From the NCBI RefSeq assembly GCF_006345805.1, contig NC_043003.1, positions 10,292,001-10,356,000 of the forward strand: a DNA stretch of 64,000 nt, given 5' to 3'. Each line of letters begins with the position of its first letter. Position 1 is the stretch's first letter. Below the pieces are notes generated by a model. The model was not told the origin of the DNA. It searched no databases and worked only from the letters and a program-made list of their open reading frames with translations. Positions 52,372-64,000 of this stretch are shown piece by piece. Position numbers and translations under genes: made by a program. Source of the DNA: Octopus sinensis. Taxonomy: Eukaryota.

Positions 52372-52581
52372 AAAATGGGACAAGAACACAAAACATCTGG
52401 AGAGTTAAGTGATAAAAAAATGGGACAACAAAACATCCAGATAGACGATACAAAGAAAACAAGGACGGGTCATTCGGAGTTTTCTTTCCTCAGTCGAGTA
52501 CCAGATTATCTTCGCAATTTCGGTTGATTATACTCGAGATTGCTCCAGTCTGGCCAGCCCCAAGGAAAAACTAAGCTAAGA
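52372..52581 (-). mobile_element. Penelope-like pLTR fragment
   Basis: Minus strand CCGAAATTGC...GACTGAGGAAAG...CCGAATGACCCGTCC; same layout as 25900-25970; set in TA runs. Confidence 0.45.
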
Positions 52582-52918
52582 TACATATATATGTGGGGTG
52601 GGGTGTTGTAATTTACTTATGGAATTTATTTATCGATACGGTTGCACATTGGAAAAATGTGTTTGAAAGTTGGAGTTTCTTTGGTTTGTTCCCAAACAAC
52701 ACTTATTTAAGTGCTGTTGACACCAGTGAATTGAAAGGTGTTGCCCAGGTATCAAAACAATAATAATATCCGTGGGACAGCTGATGACGGTGGTATGTTG
52801 GATTATTGGTATGACTGTGGAATAGTATTATGACATTTCTTTTTGATATATATGTACATATATATATATGAGTGTATTTGTGTATATGTGTATGTATGTA
52901 TGTATGTATGCATGCATG

Positions 52919-52963
<45 letters not shown>

Positions 52964-52984
52964 ATGTATGTATATTTGTATGTC

Positions 52985-53290
52985 GTACGCGGACAGGATG
53001 CTGAATGCACTTTTCCCGACGGACAAGAAGCCGGACGGACATAAAGCCGAACAGACAACGCTGAACGGGTACAACAAAAAGAAAAAGAAACATTCCTACC
53101 TAAATAGTTTAATGACCAATTTACCAATTTGGTACTTAAGATTTAACGAGATTAAATTTTGATTTTTATATTTCTTTTCTATATCTTGTCCATTCGACTT
53201 TATGGTCCTTTCGGCATTGTGTCCGTACAGCTTCTTTGGCTTCGGCTTCTTGTTCTTAGACAAAGTGCATTCGGCACCCCGCCCGTGTAC
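52985..53290. mobile_element. MITE with about 29-bp TIRs and about 15-bp subterminal repeats
   Basis: GTACGCGGACAGGATGCTGAATGCACTTT versus the reverse-complemented right end GTACACGGGCGGGGTGCCGAATGCACTTT; internal GACAxxAxGCCGAA repeats are mirrored. Confidence 0.75.
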
Positions 53291-53904
53291 CTTGGATTTA
53301 TGTACGTATATATGCACTTACATATACATACATACATACATACACACATACATGTGTGTGTGTGTATGGGTACATATTAATTGCTGTTAGGGACACCGTA
53401 GTTCATTTTGCCACCATAATGCCATAATATACTACCATTATGACACACAGAACGTGACCAGTGTTTCCCCTTGAAATACAATAAATGAACTGAAGCAACA
53501 GGAAACAAAGCGTCTTGCTTGCTCAAGACCACAACACACCGGTAGGTATCGAACGCACAACCTTACAATCGTCAGACGAATGCCCTAACCACTCACCCAA
53601 ACGCCTTCAGTATATGTGTGTATCACTCACTGTTTCTCTCTGTGTATATTTCAGTGCACGTGCATGTGTGAATGCGTGTGTGCTTATATGTGTATGTTTG
53701 TGTGTTTGCCTCTGGTGCCAAAAAGTACTCTCAGCAGAGCTGACGGAAATTTCCAATCATCTGAGCAATATCATCTGCATCGAAACAGCTACAACAAATC
53801 GATCCATTCCCACAGATGAGCTGTTATATAAGTAATCAATCATAAATTAAGCTAATTCCATCGCGGATAACTAATATCAATTTTATGTACAACTATGTAC
53901 ACTA

Positions 53905-54136
53905 TGAGGTATACTTGCCATCTCAGTATGGCTAACCACTAAGGGTGGGTGTTACTGTAGCTTGTAGCCCCAGAACATCGTCTCCAGCTGGCTTTAGGCA
54001 CACTTTCTGTGCTCTTATGGTTTTTGCACAGAAAGTGTGCCTAAAGCCAGCTGCAGATGATGTTCCCCTAGGGCTACAAGCTACAGTAACACCCACCCTT
54101 AGTGGTTAGCCATATTGAGATGGCAAGTATACCTCA
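53905..54136. mobile_element. Near-perfect foldback element
   Basis: Arms 53905-54012 and 54026-54136 with a 13-nt loop. Confidence 0.85.
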
Positions 54137-54223
54137 CATTGTCATGCAGTTACTATTTATACCTCGTTCAGAGATTTATTATGTACACTATGTAGATCAG
54201 AAATGAAATATATATATATATAT

Positions 54224-54390
54224 AGGCGCAGGAGTGGCTGTGTGGTAAGTAGCTTGCTAACCAACCACATGGTTCCGGGTTCAGTCCCAATGCGTGGCAT
54301 CTTGAGCAAGTGTCTTCTGCTATAGCCTCGGGCCGACCAATGCCTTGTGAGTGGATTTGGTAGACGGAAACTAAAAGAAGCCTGTCGTTA

Positions 54391-54442
<52 letters not shown>

Positions 54443-54677
54443 GTTGTGTGTGTGTGTGTATGTGTGTGTTTGTCCCCCTAGCATTGCTTGACAACCGATG
54501 CTGGTGTGTTTACGTCCCCGTAACTTAGCGGTTCGGCAAAAGAGACCGGATGAATAAGTACTGGGCTTACACAGAATAAGTTCCTGGGGTCGATTTGCTC
54601 GATAAAAGGCGGTGCTCAGCATGGCAGCAGTCAAACTGACTGAAACAAGTAAAAGAGAAAGAGAAAGAGAAAGAGAA
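54224..54677 (+). mobile_element. SINE family A, full length
   Basis: Head to tail match to the other copies. Confidence 0.93.
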
Positions 54678-55217
54678 TATATATATAATATATATACAAA
54701 TAGTAAATAAATGGCACAACAAAGTACCGATATTTACTGGAAATAGCGAACGTAAAAATACGACGCTAAAGTGTAGCTTCACCGCGTATGTATTAGTAAA
54801 AAACGTGTGTGCAACAAAATAGAGAAAAAAAAAACGTCTTACCTCCAGGGAGAACATCTGAAAGATGATGAAAACACCCGAAAATGGATAATGTGGTACC
54901 TGCAGGTTTCAGGTTTTGCAAGATATGTCTCTCACCCATATTTGCTTACCTCTTCAGCCAAACATATACCAAGGACGAAACTACGAGTTACCACTAATAT
55001 AACACACTCGACTGAAATACGGAACGCTAACAGACGAGAAACGGTTGAAGAAGTTAAAAATATCAGTAATGCAATACAAAGTATTGCCTTCCAGTAAAAA
55101 GTAGCCCGTGAGGGAAAAATACATATATATATTATATATATATATATATATATTGATAGAAATGTTAAGACAACAACAGAATAAAAGAGACTGCTATATT
55201 ATGTAAATAGAGGAATT

Positions 55218-55474
55218 TATCTGTAAATATATGTGACAATTATTCGGTAGCCATGATAAAACTCCGAGTTTCGGATTTCGGGACGGAAACATACGCCGCC
55301 ATCTCTTCAGTTATCCAGCCATCGAAAAAATGCTATGAAAATCTCATAGCATTTCATAGAATTTTTTCGAAGGCCGGATAACTGAAGAGAGGGCTGCGTG
55401 TGTTTCCGCCCCGACATCCGAAACTCGGAGTTTTATTATGGTTACCGATTAATTGCCGCATATATTCACAGATA
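55218..55474. mobile_element. Penelope-like foldback with a hammerhead-like motif in each arm
   Basis: Arms 55218-55342 and 55351-55474; GAUAA-CUGAAGA...GAAA-CUCGGAG-UU-UUAU(C/U) at 55255-55315 (-) and 55377-55437 (+); related fragment at 59928-59975. Confidence 0.75.
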
Positions 55475-55528
55475 TATATATTTTTGTGTGTGTGTGTGTG
55501 TGTGTGGTGTGTGTGTGTGTGTGTGTGT

Positions 55529-55837
55529 GTGGAGGCGCAATGGCCAAGTGGTTAGGGCAGTGGACTCGCGATTGTAGGATCGCGGTTTCGATTCCTAGAC
55601 CAGGCCTTGTGAGTGTTTATTGAGCGAAAACACCTAAAGTTCCACGAGGCTCCGGCAGGGGTGGTGGCGGTCCCTGCTGTACTCTTTCGCCACAACTTTC
55701 TTTCACTCTTTCTTCTGTTGGCCTGCTCGCTTAGCCAGCGGGGGGTGGCCTCATTGAAGGCTTAAAACAATGCGAAGCGCATTGTGACCAGCGATGTGTA
55801 GCAACATCTGATAGCCTGGTCGGTCACGGTGATCACG

Positions 55838-55841
<4 letters not shown>
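55529..55841 (+). mobile_element. SINE family B head with a third type of 3' half
   Basis: Head is near-identical to 12149; diverges after CACTCTTTC and ends (TCACGGTGA)2. Confidence 0.88.
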
Positions 55842-55889
<48 letters not shown>

Positions 55890-55904
55890 ATATATATATA
55901 TTAT

Positions 55905-55956
<52 letters not shown>

Positions 55957-56506
55957 TATTATTATTTATTATTTTAGTAATTTTTAGTAGTTTTGACCGC
56001 ATTGGTCCCTCTTAGCGTGTTGGTATCTACGTATAGTAGTACCCTCAATATAATATAAAAGTATATATATAATATATATATATATATAATGGTAGCTCAA
56101 AAGTAGGTTTACTGTTATTCAACTCTATTTCGCATTCATATATAAACGGTTTAGATCTTAATTATAAAAAAATGTGAAACCATTATTCTATGCTAATTTA
56201 GTAAATTTTGTCAAGCTCCCTTCTCAGTTTGTAAGATAGAAATTTAAATGTAATAAAATGTTTTGAAAGAAATTTAAAGTGCCTACGTTATAACTGTAAA
56301 CTTACTTTTGGACCACCCAGTATTATTATAAAGCCGCACAATATTTGAGAATTAATATAAACACATACTTTCTATGCTATATAATACTGTTGTTACAGTG
56401 AAGGAACTTGAGTTCAACCAGTTATAAAGCTTGTTCAGGCGCTCAATAGGATGAACATAAATATCTTGTTGTTCTTTCACTTTGTTCTTCTACACCTCTC
56501 TCTACA

Positions 56507-56509
<3 letters not shown>

Positions 56510-56561
<52 letters not shown>

Positions 56562-56717
56562 AAATAGATAGATGGATACATACATACATACATACATACA
56601 TACATACATACATACATACATACATACTGACAGACAGACAGAAAACTATAAATGCGTGTGTGCGTATATGTGTGTATATATATAGATAGATAGATAAATA
56701 GATAGATAGATAGATAT

Positions 56718-56803
<86 letters not shown>

Positions 56804-56992
56804 GTACGTAGGTAGAGAGATACATACATACATACATACATACATACATACATACATACATACATACATACAGACAGACATACGTACGTACGTACGTACG
56901 TACATACATACATATATACATACATACATACATACATACATACATACATAAATTCATACATACATACATACATACATACATACATACATACA

Positions 56993-57022
<30 letters not shown>
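56510..57022. repeat. Compound (CT)/(CATA)/(GATA)n microsatellite
   Basis: Seen directly. Confidence 0.95.
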
Positions 57023-57023
<1 letters not shown>

Positions 57024-57461
57024 GCTTATCTAAAATCGCAGAGGAGAAAAACAGCTATTATCGGTTAACATGAAACATCAAGTTGCTTTTTTGTTGTTTT
57101 TTTTTCTTACCAAGGTATTTGTTAACTGGCATTTATAAGCTTACTTTCATATCTCTTAATCCTCAGCGAAGTAGACAGTATAAGAATCTGGTACAATGTA
57201 ATGTATCCAGTGCAATGAAGAGGTGTTGAACATTCTTTAGAGTAAGAATCAAAATAAATTCCTTGGCGATTAGTTAATAAACTGAAGAGTTTGTAACCTG
57301 AAGATCCTGAAAATATTTCAATTGGAAGTCATTCATAGCAGAACGGCGGCACACACACTCAAGCCCTATACGTTTACATATGTGTGTGAGTGTCAGAGTA
57401 TGTGTGTCTGTATGAGCATGTATGTATGCGTGTATATATATACATACATACACACACAGAG

Positions 57462-57532
<71 letters not shown>

Positions 57533-57710
57533 TAGTTAAGATAAATTGAATTTTAGATAAAATGTTTATTTAATTTAGTGATTTTTAGAATAATATTTAT
57601 TATAATATATTTAAATTCTTTCTATATGATTTATTATAGATAATATCTTTCACTATTAACTGAATTACTTAATAGAGATTTTGACTCTTAATTCTGTAAA
57701 TATATATATT

Positions 57711-58454
57711 AGGAGTGGCTGTGTGGTAAGTAGCTTGCTTACCAGCCACATGGTTCCGGGTTCAGTCCCACTGCGTGGCACCTTGGGCAAGTGCCCTCTA
57801 CTATAGCCTCGGGCCGACCAAAGTCTTGTGAGTGGATTTGGTAGACGGAAACTGAAACAAGCCCGTCGTATATATGTATATATGTGTGTGTTTGTGTGTC
57901 TGTGTTTGTCCCCCCAACATCGCTTGACAACTGATGCTGGTGTGTTTACGTCTCCGTAACTTAGCGGTTCGGCAAAAGATGCCGATAGAATAAGTACTAG
58001 GCTTACAAAGAATAAGTCCTGGGGTCGATTTGCTCGACTAAAGGCGGTGCTCCAGAATGACCACAGTCAAATGACTGAAACAAGTAAAAGAGTAATATAT
58101 ATGCGCTGGATGTGTTCTAAGAATTTTGCTTCCCAGCCACAAGGTTCCATGTTCAGTCACACTGCGTAGCACCTTGGCCGTGTGACTTTTAAGATAACCT
58201 GGAGCTGACCAAAGCGTTTGTGAGTAGTTTTGATAGACGGAAACTGAAGGAAACCCGTTTTACATCCATGTACTATAATTATCATTTATATATATATTAA
58301 TATTGATATTTAAAAACTGGCACGACCACCCAAATGTTATATTCAAAAAGTAAAGAAACAGACATTTCTTAAAACAGACGGAATTGAGCATGTTATAATT
58401 TTTTCTCTATGCACCTGTTCCCCATTTTATATATTATACGTATATATATATATC

Positions 58455-58488
<34 letters not shown>

Positions 58489-58893
58489 ATTATATATATA
58501 TATACATACATGGGCTGTGTGTGAGTAGCTTGCTCACGAACCACATGGTTTCCGGGTTCAGTCCCACTGCGTGGCACCTTGAGCAAGTGTCTTCTACTAT
58601 AGCCTCCCGGGCCGACCAAAGCCTTGTGAGTGGATTTGGTAGACGGAAACTGAAAGAAGCCCGTCGTATATATGTATATATATATATATATATTTTATAT
58701 GTTTTTATGTTTGTCCCCCAACATCGCTTGACAACCGATGCTGGTGTGCTTACGTCCCCGTAACTTAGCGATTCGGCAAAAAAGACCGATAGAATAAGTA
58801 CTAGGCTTACAAAGAATATGTCCTGGGGTCGATTTGCTCGACTAAAAGGTGGTGCTCCAGCATGGCCACTGAAACAAGTAAAAAATAAAGAGT
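57711..58893 (+). mobile_element. SINE family A copies (57711-58095, 58100-58260 degenerate, 58510-58893)
   Basis: Match to the other family A copies. Confidence 0.9.
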
Positions 58894-58930
58894 ATATAAT
58901 ATATATATATATAATATATATATATATATA

Positions 58931-59293
58931 CTAGCAGTATCGCCCGGCTTTGCTCGGGTTTGTAAGGGAAATAACTATAAAGTATTTTTAGAGAGTTGAT
59001 AGCCAAAAAAATGGTAAAAAAATGATGGTAATTTTTTTTTAGTTAAAAAGGTCGATGTGCGTCCCCTAGACAGTCTGTGGTTTGTGTTTCTGATTCTCGA
59101 CCCCATGGCGAATTTATCGATTTTTTTCAGAACTGGGGAACTTTTCAAATTTTCGCTGCGTTAGTTTTGAATTATGACATTGGGCTATGTGTGGTCAAGT
59201 TTCATCAAATCGGTTGAAAGCCGTGGTCAGGTGAGGGGTACAACCTAACAGACACACAGAAACCACAGCAACACTGCCGTTTATATAGAGAGA
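58931..59293 (-). mobile_element. Non-autonomous Helitron
   Basis: Reverse complement of the 19969-20352 type; TC...hairpin...CTAG. Confidence 0.88.
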
Positions 59294-59344
59294 TATATAT
59301 ACATACATACATATATATAATATAATATATACATATATAATATA

Positions 59345-59751
59345 CTCTTTCACTTGTTTCAGTCATTTGACTGCGGCCATGCTGGAGCACCGCCTTTAAT
59401 CGAGCAACTCGACCTCGACCCCGGGACTTATTCTTTTGTAAGCCCAGTACTTATTCTATCGGTCTCTTTTCCGAACCGCTAAGTAACGGGACATAAACAC
59501 ACCAGCATCGGTTGTCAAGCAATGCCAGGGGGACAAACACAGACACACAAACACACACACGCATATATATATAATATAATACATATATACGACGGGCTTC
59601 TTTCAGTTTCCGTCTACCAAATCCACTCACAGGCTTTGGTCGGCCCGAGGCTATAGTAGAAGACACTTGCCCAAAGTGCCACGCAGTGGGACTGAACCCA
59701 GAACCATGTGGTTGGTAGACAAGCTACTTACCACACAGCCACTCCGCGCCT
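59345..59751 (-). mobile_element. SINE family A, full length (partial copy at 60277-60440)
   Basis: Match to the other family A copies. Confidence 0.92.
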
Positions 59752-59776
59752 ATATATATATATATTACATATATAC

Positions 59777-59881
<105 letters not shown>

Positions 59882-60016
59882 CACATCACATTATATATAT
59901 ATGTACATATATGTAATATATATATATGTGACAATTATTCAGTTGCCATATAGGGTCCGAGTTTCGGATGTCGGGTATGTATATATATATATATATATAT
60001 AATATAATATATACAT

Positions 60017-60068
60017 TTCGAGTATATTTTTTTTACCTGTTTCACATTTATGTGCTTACTATGGTAAT

Positions 60069-60139
<71 letters not shown>

Positions 60140-60270
60140 ATATATATATGTAATATATATATATCTATATTATACCATAGTAAGCACATAAATGTGAAAC
60201 AAGGTAAAAAATAGTACTCGAATACCGGAGGTAAAGTAATATGCTTTAGTAATAAAGCTACAAAGACAAT
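60017..60270. repeat. 50-bp inverted repeat split by (TA)n
   Basis: 60017-60066 versus 60173-60222 (ttcgagta...tttcacatttatgtgcttactatggta). Confidence 0.75.
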
Positions 60271-60450
60271 ATATATTCTCTTTTACTCCCTGTTATTTCA
60301 GTCATTTGACTGCAGCCATGCTGGAGCACCGCCTTTAGTCTAAGAAATCGACCCCAGGACTTATTCTTTTTAAACCTAGTACTTATTCTTTAACCGAACC
60401 GGTTGTCAAGTGGCTGTGGTGGGAGAACAAACACAGACATATACATATAC

Positions 60451-60484
<34 letters not shown>

Positions 60485-61148
60485 ATGTGTGTGTAATGTA
60501 TAAAGAGATGAGGAAGAAGTGTATAGAGAAAAATTTGCAAAATGCCCCGTTTTTTCTTTTCAAAGTTTCCATGTTTTCTGCGTCATTTCAAGACATGTCT
60601 GCTTCTGTGGTTTTCCAATATAATATTTGGGTGCTCGTGTCAGTTTTTAAATATCGATTATTATTTTTTTTAGCTGAACACAGAAACTTTGACAACAGTT
60701 TTTTATTTAAAATTTCAGAATTAGTTTTGACTAAGATTGTGTTTAGACGTGCAAGTCATCCTAATTGTCAGATAATCTATCATGGATTGTAAAAATTACA
60801 ATTTTCATTTTTACCAGTAACAATAAATGTCATAAATTTTATAAAATATTTGAAAGATTTTAATATGAAATCTTTTTAGAAATATTCTCAAGTGACATAT
60901 TTTCAATATTTCACAATCTAGTTTACATTTTATTTTTTTTCTATTTATCTATCTCCCTGTTTATTTGACTTTCTATCTATCTGACTGTCTAACCGTCTAT
61001 CTACCCCACTATCATCTATCTGGCTGGGTATGTATTTATGTTTATATACAAATACGTATAGAATGAGAGAGGCCAAGAGGCAGTGACTGAGAAAGGAGAA
61101 ACTGATAGGAAGAGAGAGGGTGAAAAGTTTTAAAAAGACAATAAATTA

Positions 61149-61740
<592 letters not shown>

Positions 61741-62567
61741 GAGAAGCGATGAGGTAATAACTTTCATATGAATCATTTATTGAAAACCTGTCTCTTACAC
61801 TTACACGCACGCACACACACACACACTCACACACACACACTAATAGCAGTTCAAGCCGATGGTTTGGATACACAGTACACACATATAAACACTTAGTTGT
61901 GAATATGTATGACTGTATGAGCATAAGCACACACACTTATAATATACACTCAGACATCACACACGCTCACATGCGCACCCTCACACATATGTATTTATAA
62001 ACATTCATGCGTACTCGCGCGCGCATACGTGTTTGTGTGTGTGTGTGTGTGGAGAGAGAGAGCGCGAGAGAGAGAAAGAAAAAGAGTGGGAGGCAGAGGG
62101 AGAGAGAGAGAGAGAGAGAGAGAGACGGAAATAGAAGGCGAATTTTAAGGACGTGAAGTAAATTTTCCGGTTACTCTCTTGGTTTTTAAAACAAATTTTA
62201 TCCCACTTATATCATACATCATATCTTAATCTCCCGGTAACGATTTACAGTTGTGGCATTTCCGTATTTACGGCAATATAAAACGCTCAAGTTTCAATCT
62301 ACAGCAGGTTTTGGTCACTTACGAATCTCTCTACGTGCTTCAGAGACTCATAATAGCCACCATTAACTCTATATTCAGTGTCATTAAGACGCTGCTCTAT
62401 TTCTAATTCGATGGGTATGTTCAGTGACAGTAAATTGATAATTGGTTAAACCAATTGAGTTTATCGCAGTTCATACACTGCTGTAAATGATCTCTGCGTC
62501 CCATGATTTATTTCTTGTTGCTTCTGTTTTCCCGGCATGATAACGGCTTCAAGTTTTGGCACAAATG

Positions 62568-62799
62568 AAGGCGGCAAGCTGGCAGAAACTTTAGCACGCC
62601 GGGCGAAATGCTTAGCGGTATTTCATCTGCCGTTACGTTCTGAGTTCAAATTCCGCCGAGGTCGACTTTGCCTTTCATCCTTTCGGGGTCGATAAATTAA
62701 GTATCAGTTACACACTGGGGTCAATGTAATCGACTTAATCCATTTGTCTGTCCTTGTTTGTCCCCTCTATGTTTAGCCCCTTATGGGCAATAAAGAAAT
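62568..62799 (+). mobile_element. SINE family C, full length, nested in an older inverted copy (62545-62995)
   Basis: 14-bp TSD AAGTTTTGGCACAA (62551-62564 and 62800-62813). Confidence 0.92.
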
Positions 62800-63204
62800 A
62801 AGTTTTGGCACAAGACTGATAGTTTAAAGTTTGTGGTGGGGGGGTTCAAATGGTACATATTTTATCAATTCGAAGGAATGAACAGCAAATTCGAACACGG
62901 GGCGATTGAACATCAAAGCCGAATGTAATAAACCGGAAAAAAGCTGCTCGGCAATTTTGTTCGGTGAGCTAACGATTGTTCTAACTCGCCGCTTTTCTCA
63001 GCATAGTAATAGATAGAGCTTAGAGGAAAACCAACGAAGGATGAAGGATTCCCTTCATCTGGGAGATATATAACAGCCACATTACCATCAAATTATATCC
63101 TGACGTCGCCAAAGATAGACAGACTGGTTGGCCAGTATGAATCTAGATTTAAGAAGACGAACCGATTGGAATAACTTTATTGATATGTCTAACAGTTAGA
63201 GATA

Positions 63205-63485
63205 CAAGTAAAATTAATGGCATGGACATGTCAAAAGAAGCTCCAGTCAAGTAAAGATAATCCTGCACGTTACAGTGGAAGGTGGATGAAGCAAGGCAGG
63301 CCGAGGAAAAGATGAGCTTGTAACATCCATGAGTGGACGGGCCTCATTTTTGCCGACTCACATAGAGCACAAAAGTCGGAGAAAATTGAAGAAATCTTGT
63401 TGTGACGTCATCACCGATCACACGGTAGAGGGATAGGATGGGATAGGGTGGATAGGATGAGACAGGATGGGATAGGATAGGATAT
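63205..63485 (+). mobile_element. RTE/BovB-type LINE 3' fragment with (GGATA)n tail
   Basis: GHVKRSSSQVKIILHVTVEG.../QGRPRKR*ACNIHEWTGL matches the RTE C-terminal pattern. Confidence 0.75.
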
Positions 63486-63811
63486 ACCTGGAGCAGGGCT
63501 AGTCTCAGGATAAACAACAATATTTCAAATCCAAAATAGGCCCCTGTCTCTGCAAAATATCCTTTCCTCTTCTAAGTAGGCGATTTAAAAATCCATAATC
63601 ATAGATTGCATTTTGTGAAGTAGCATACATAAGACATATAAAAAATTAAGAGGGTGTATCAGAGATACATGGGATTGTATGAAGTGTAAAGCAATCCTAA
63701 TAAATGTACAATAGTGTGTTGGGAACATTATTCGTCATAAAACAGTTGTCCTCCGATTACGAAACAAAACAGCAATTAACATATTCAGGTCCGAAGAAGC
63801 TTGAGCATATT

Positions 63812-64000
63812 GGTTTCAAATTTTGGCACGAGGCCAGCAATTTCGAGGCAGAGAGTAAGTCGATTCGATCGACCCCAGTGCTCTACTGGAACTTATTTGG
63901 TCGACCGCGAAAGGGTAAAAGTCAAAGTTGATAGAATAAGTAATAGGCTTCAAAATAAAAACCCCTCGGGACGATTTCTTCGACTAAAACCCTTTAAAGC
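63812..64000. mobile_element. SINE C (-) and SINE A (+) fragments
   Basis: gtcgattcgatcgaccccagt, then gatagaataagtaataggctt...cgactaaa. Confidence 0.7.

Noticed and set aside
62322-62445. Minus-strand 41-codon frame ending at a GTAAGT donor
   Set aside because: No convincing acceptor before the upstream in-frame stop, and the peptide is not recognised.

Overview
AT-rich eukaryotic non-genic DNA (intronic or intergenic). The SINE repertoire and the density of (TA)n, (GATA)n and (TAA)n tracts point to an octopod cephalopod; this is an inference from recognising the repeats. No intact host protein-coding gene, rRNA, true tRNA gene or CRISPR array is supported, and nearly all ORF-track entries are microsatellite or SINE read-throughs. 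The window is a mosaic of mobile DNA: three to four tRNA-derived SINE families, four non-autonomous Helitrons, mariner/Tc1/Chapaev3 relics, 3' fragments of CR1, Tx1/L1, RTE and R4/Dong LINEs, and many Penelope-like (PLE) relics. Two signals stand out. (1) At least six unrelated PLE-type repeats, most folded back as inverted repeats, carry minimal hammerhead-ribozyme motifs; two families show a U3:A8 compensatory core. (2) Two SINE families share their 3' tails with LINE fragments in this same window (CR1 and Tx1-type), which identifies candidate mobilising partners. All alignments and folds were done by eye.
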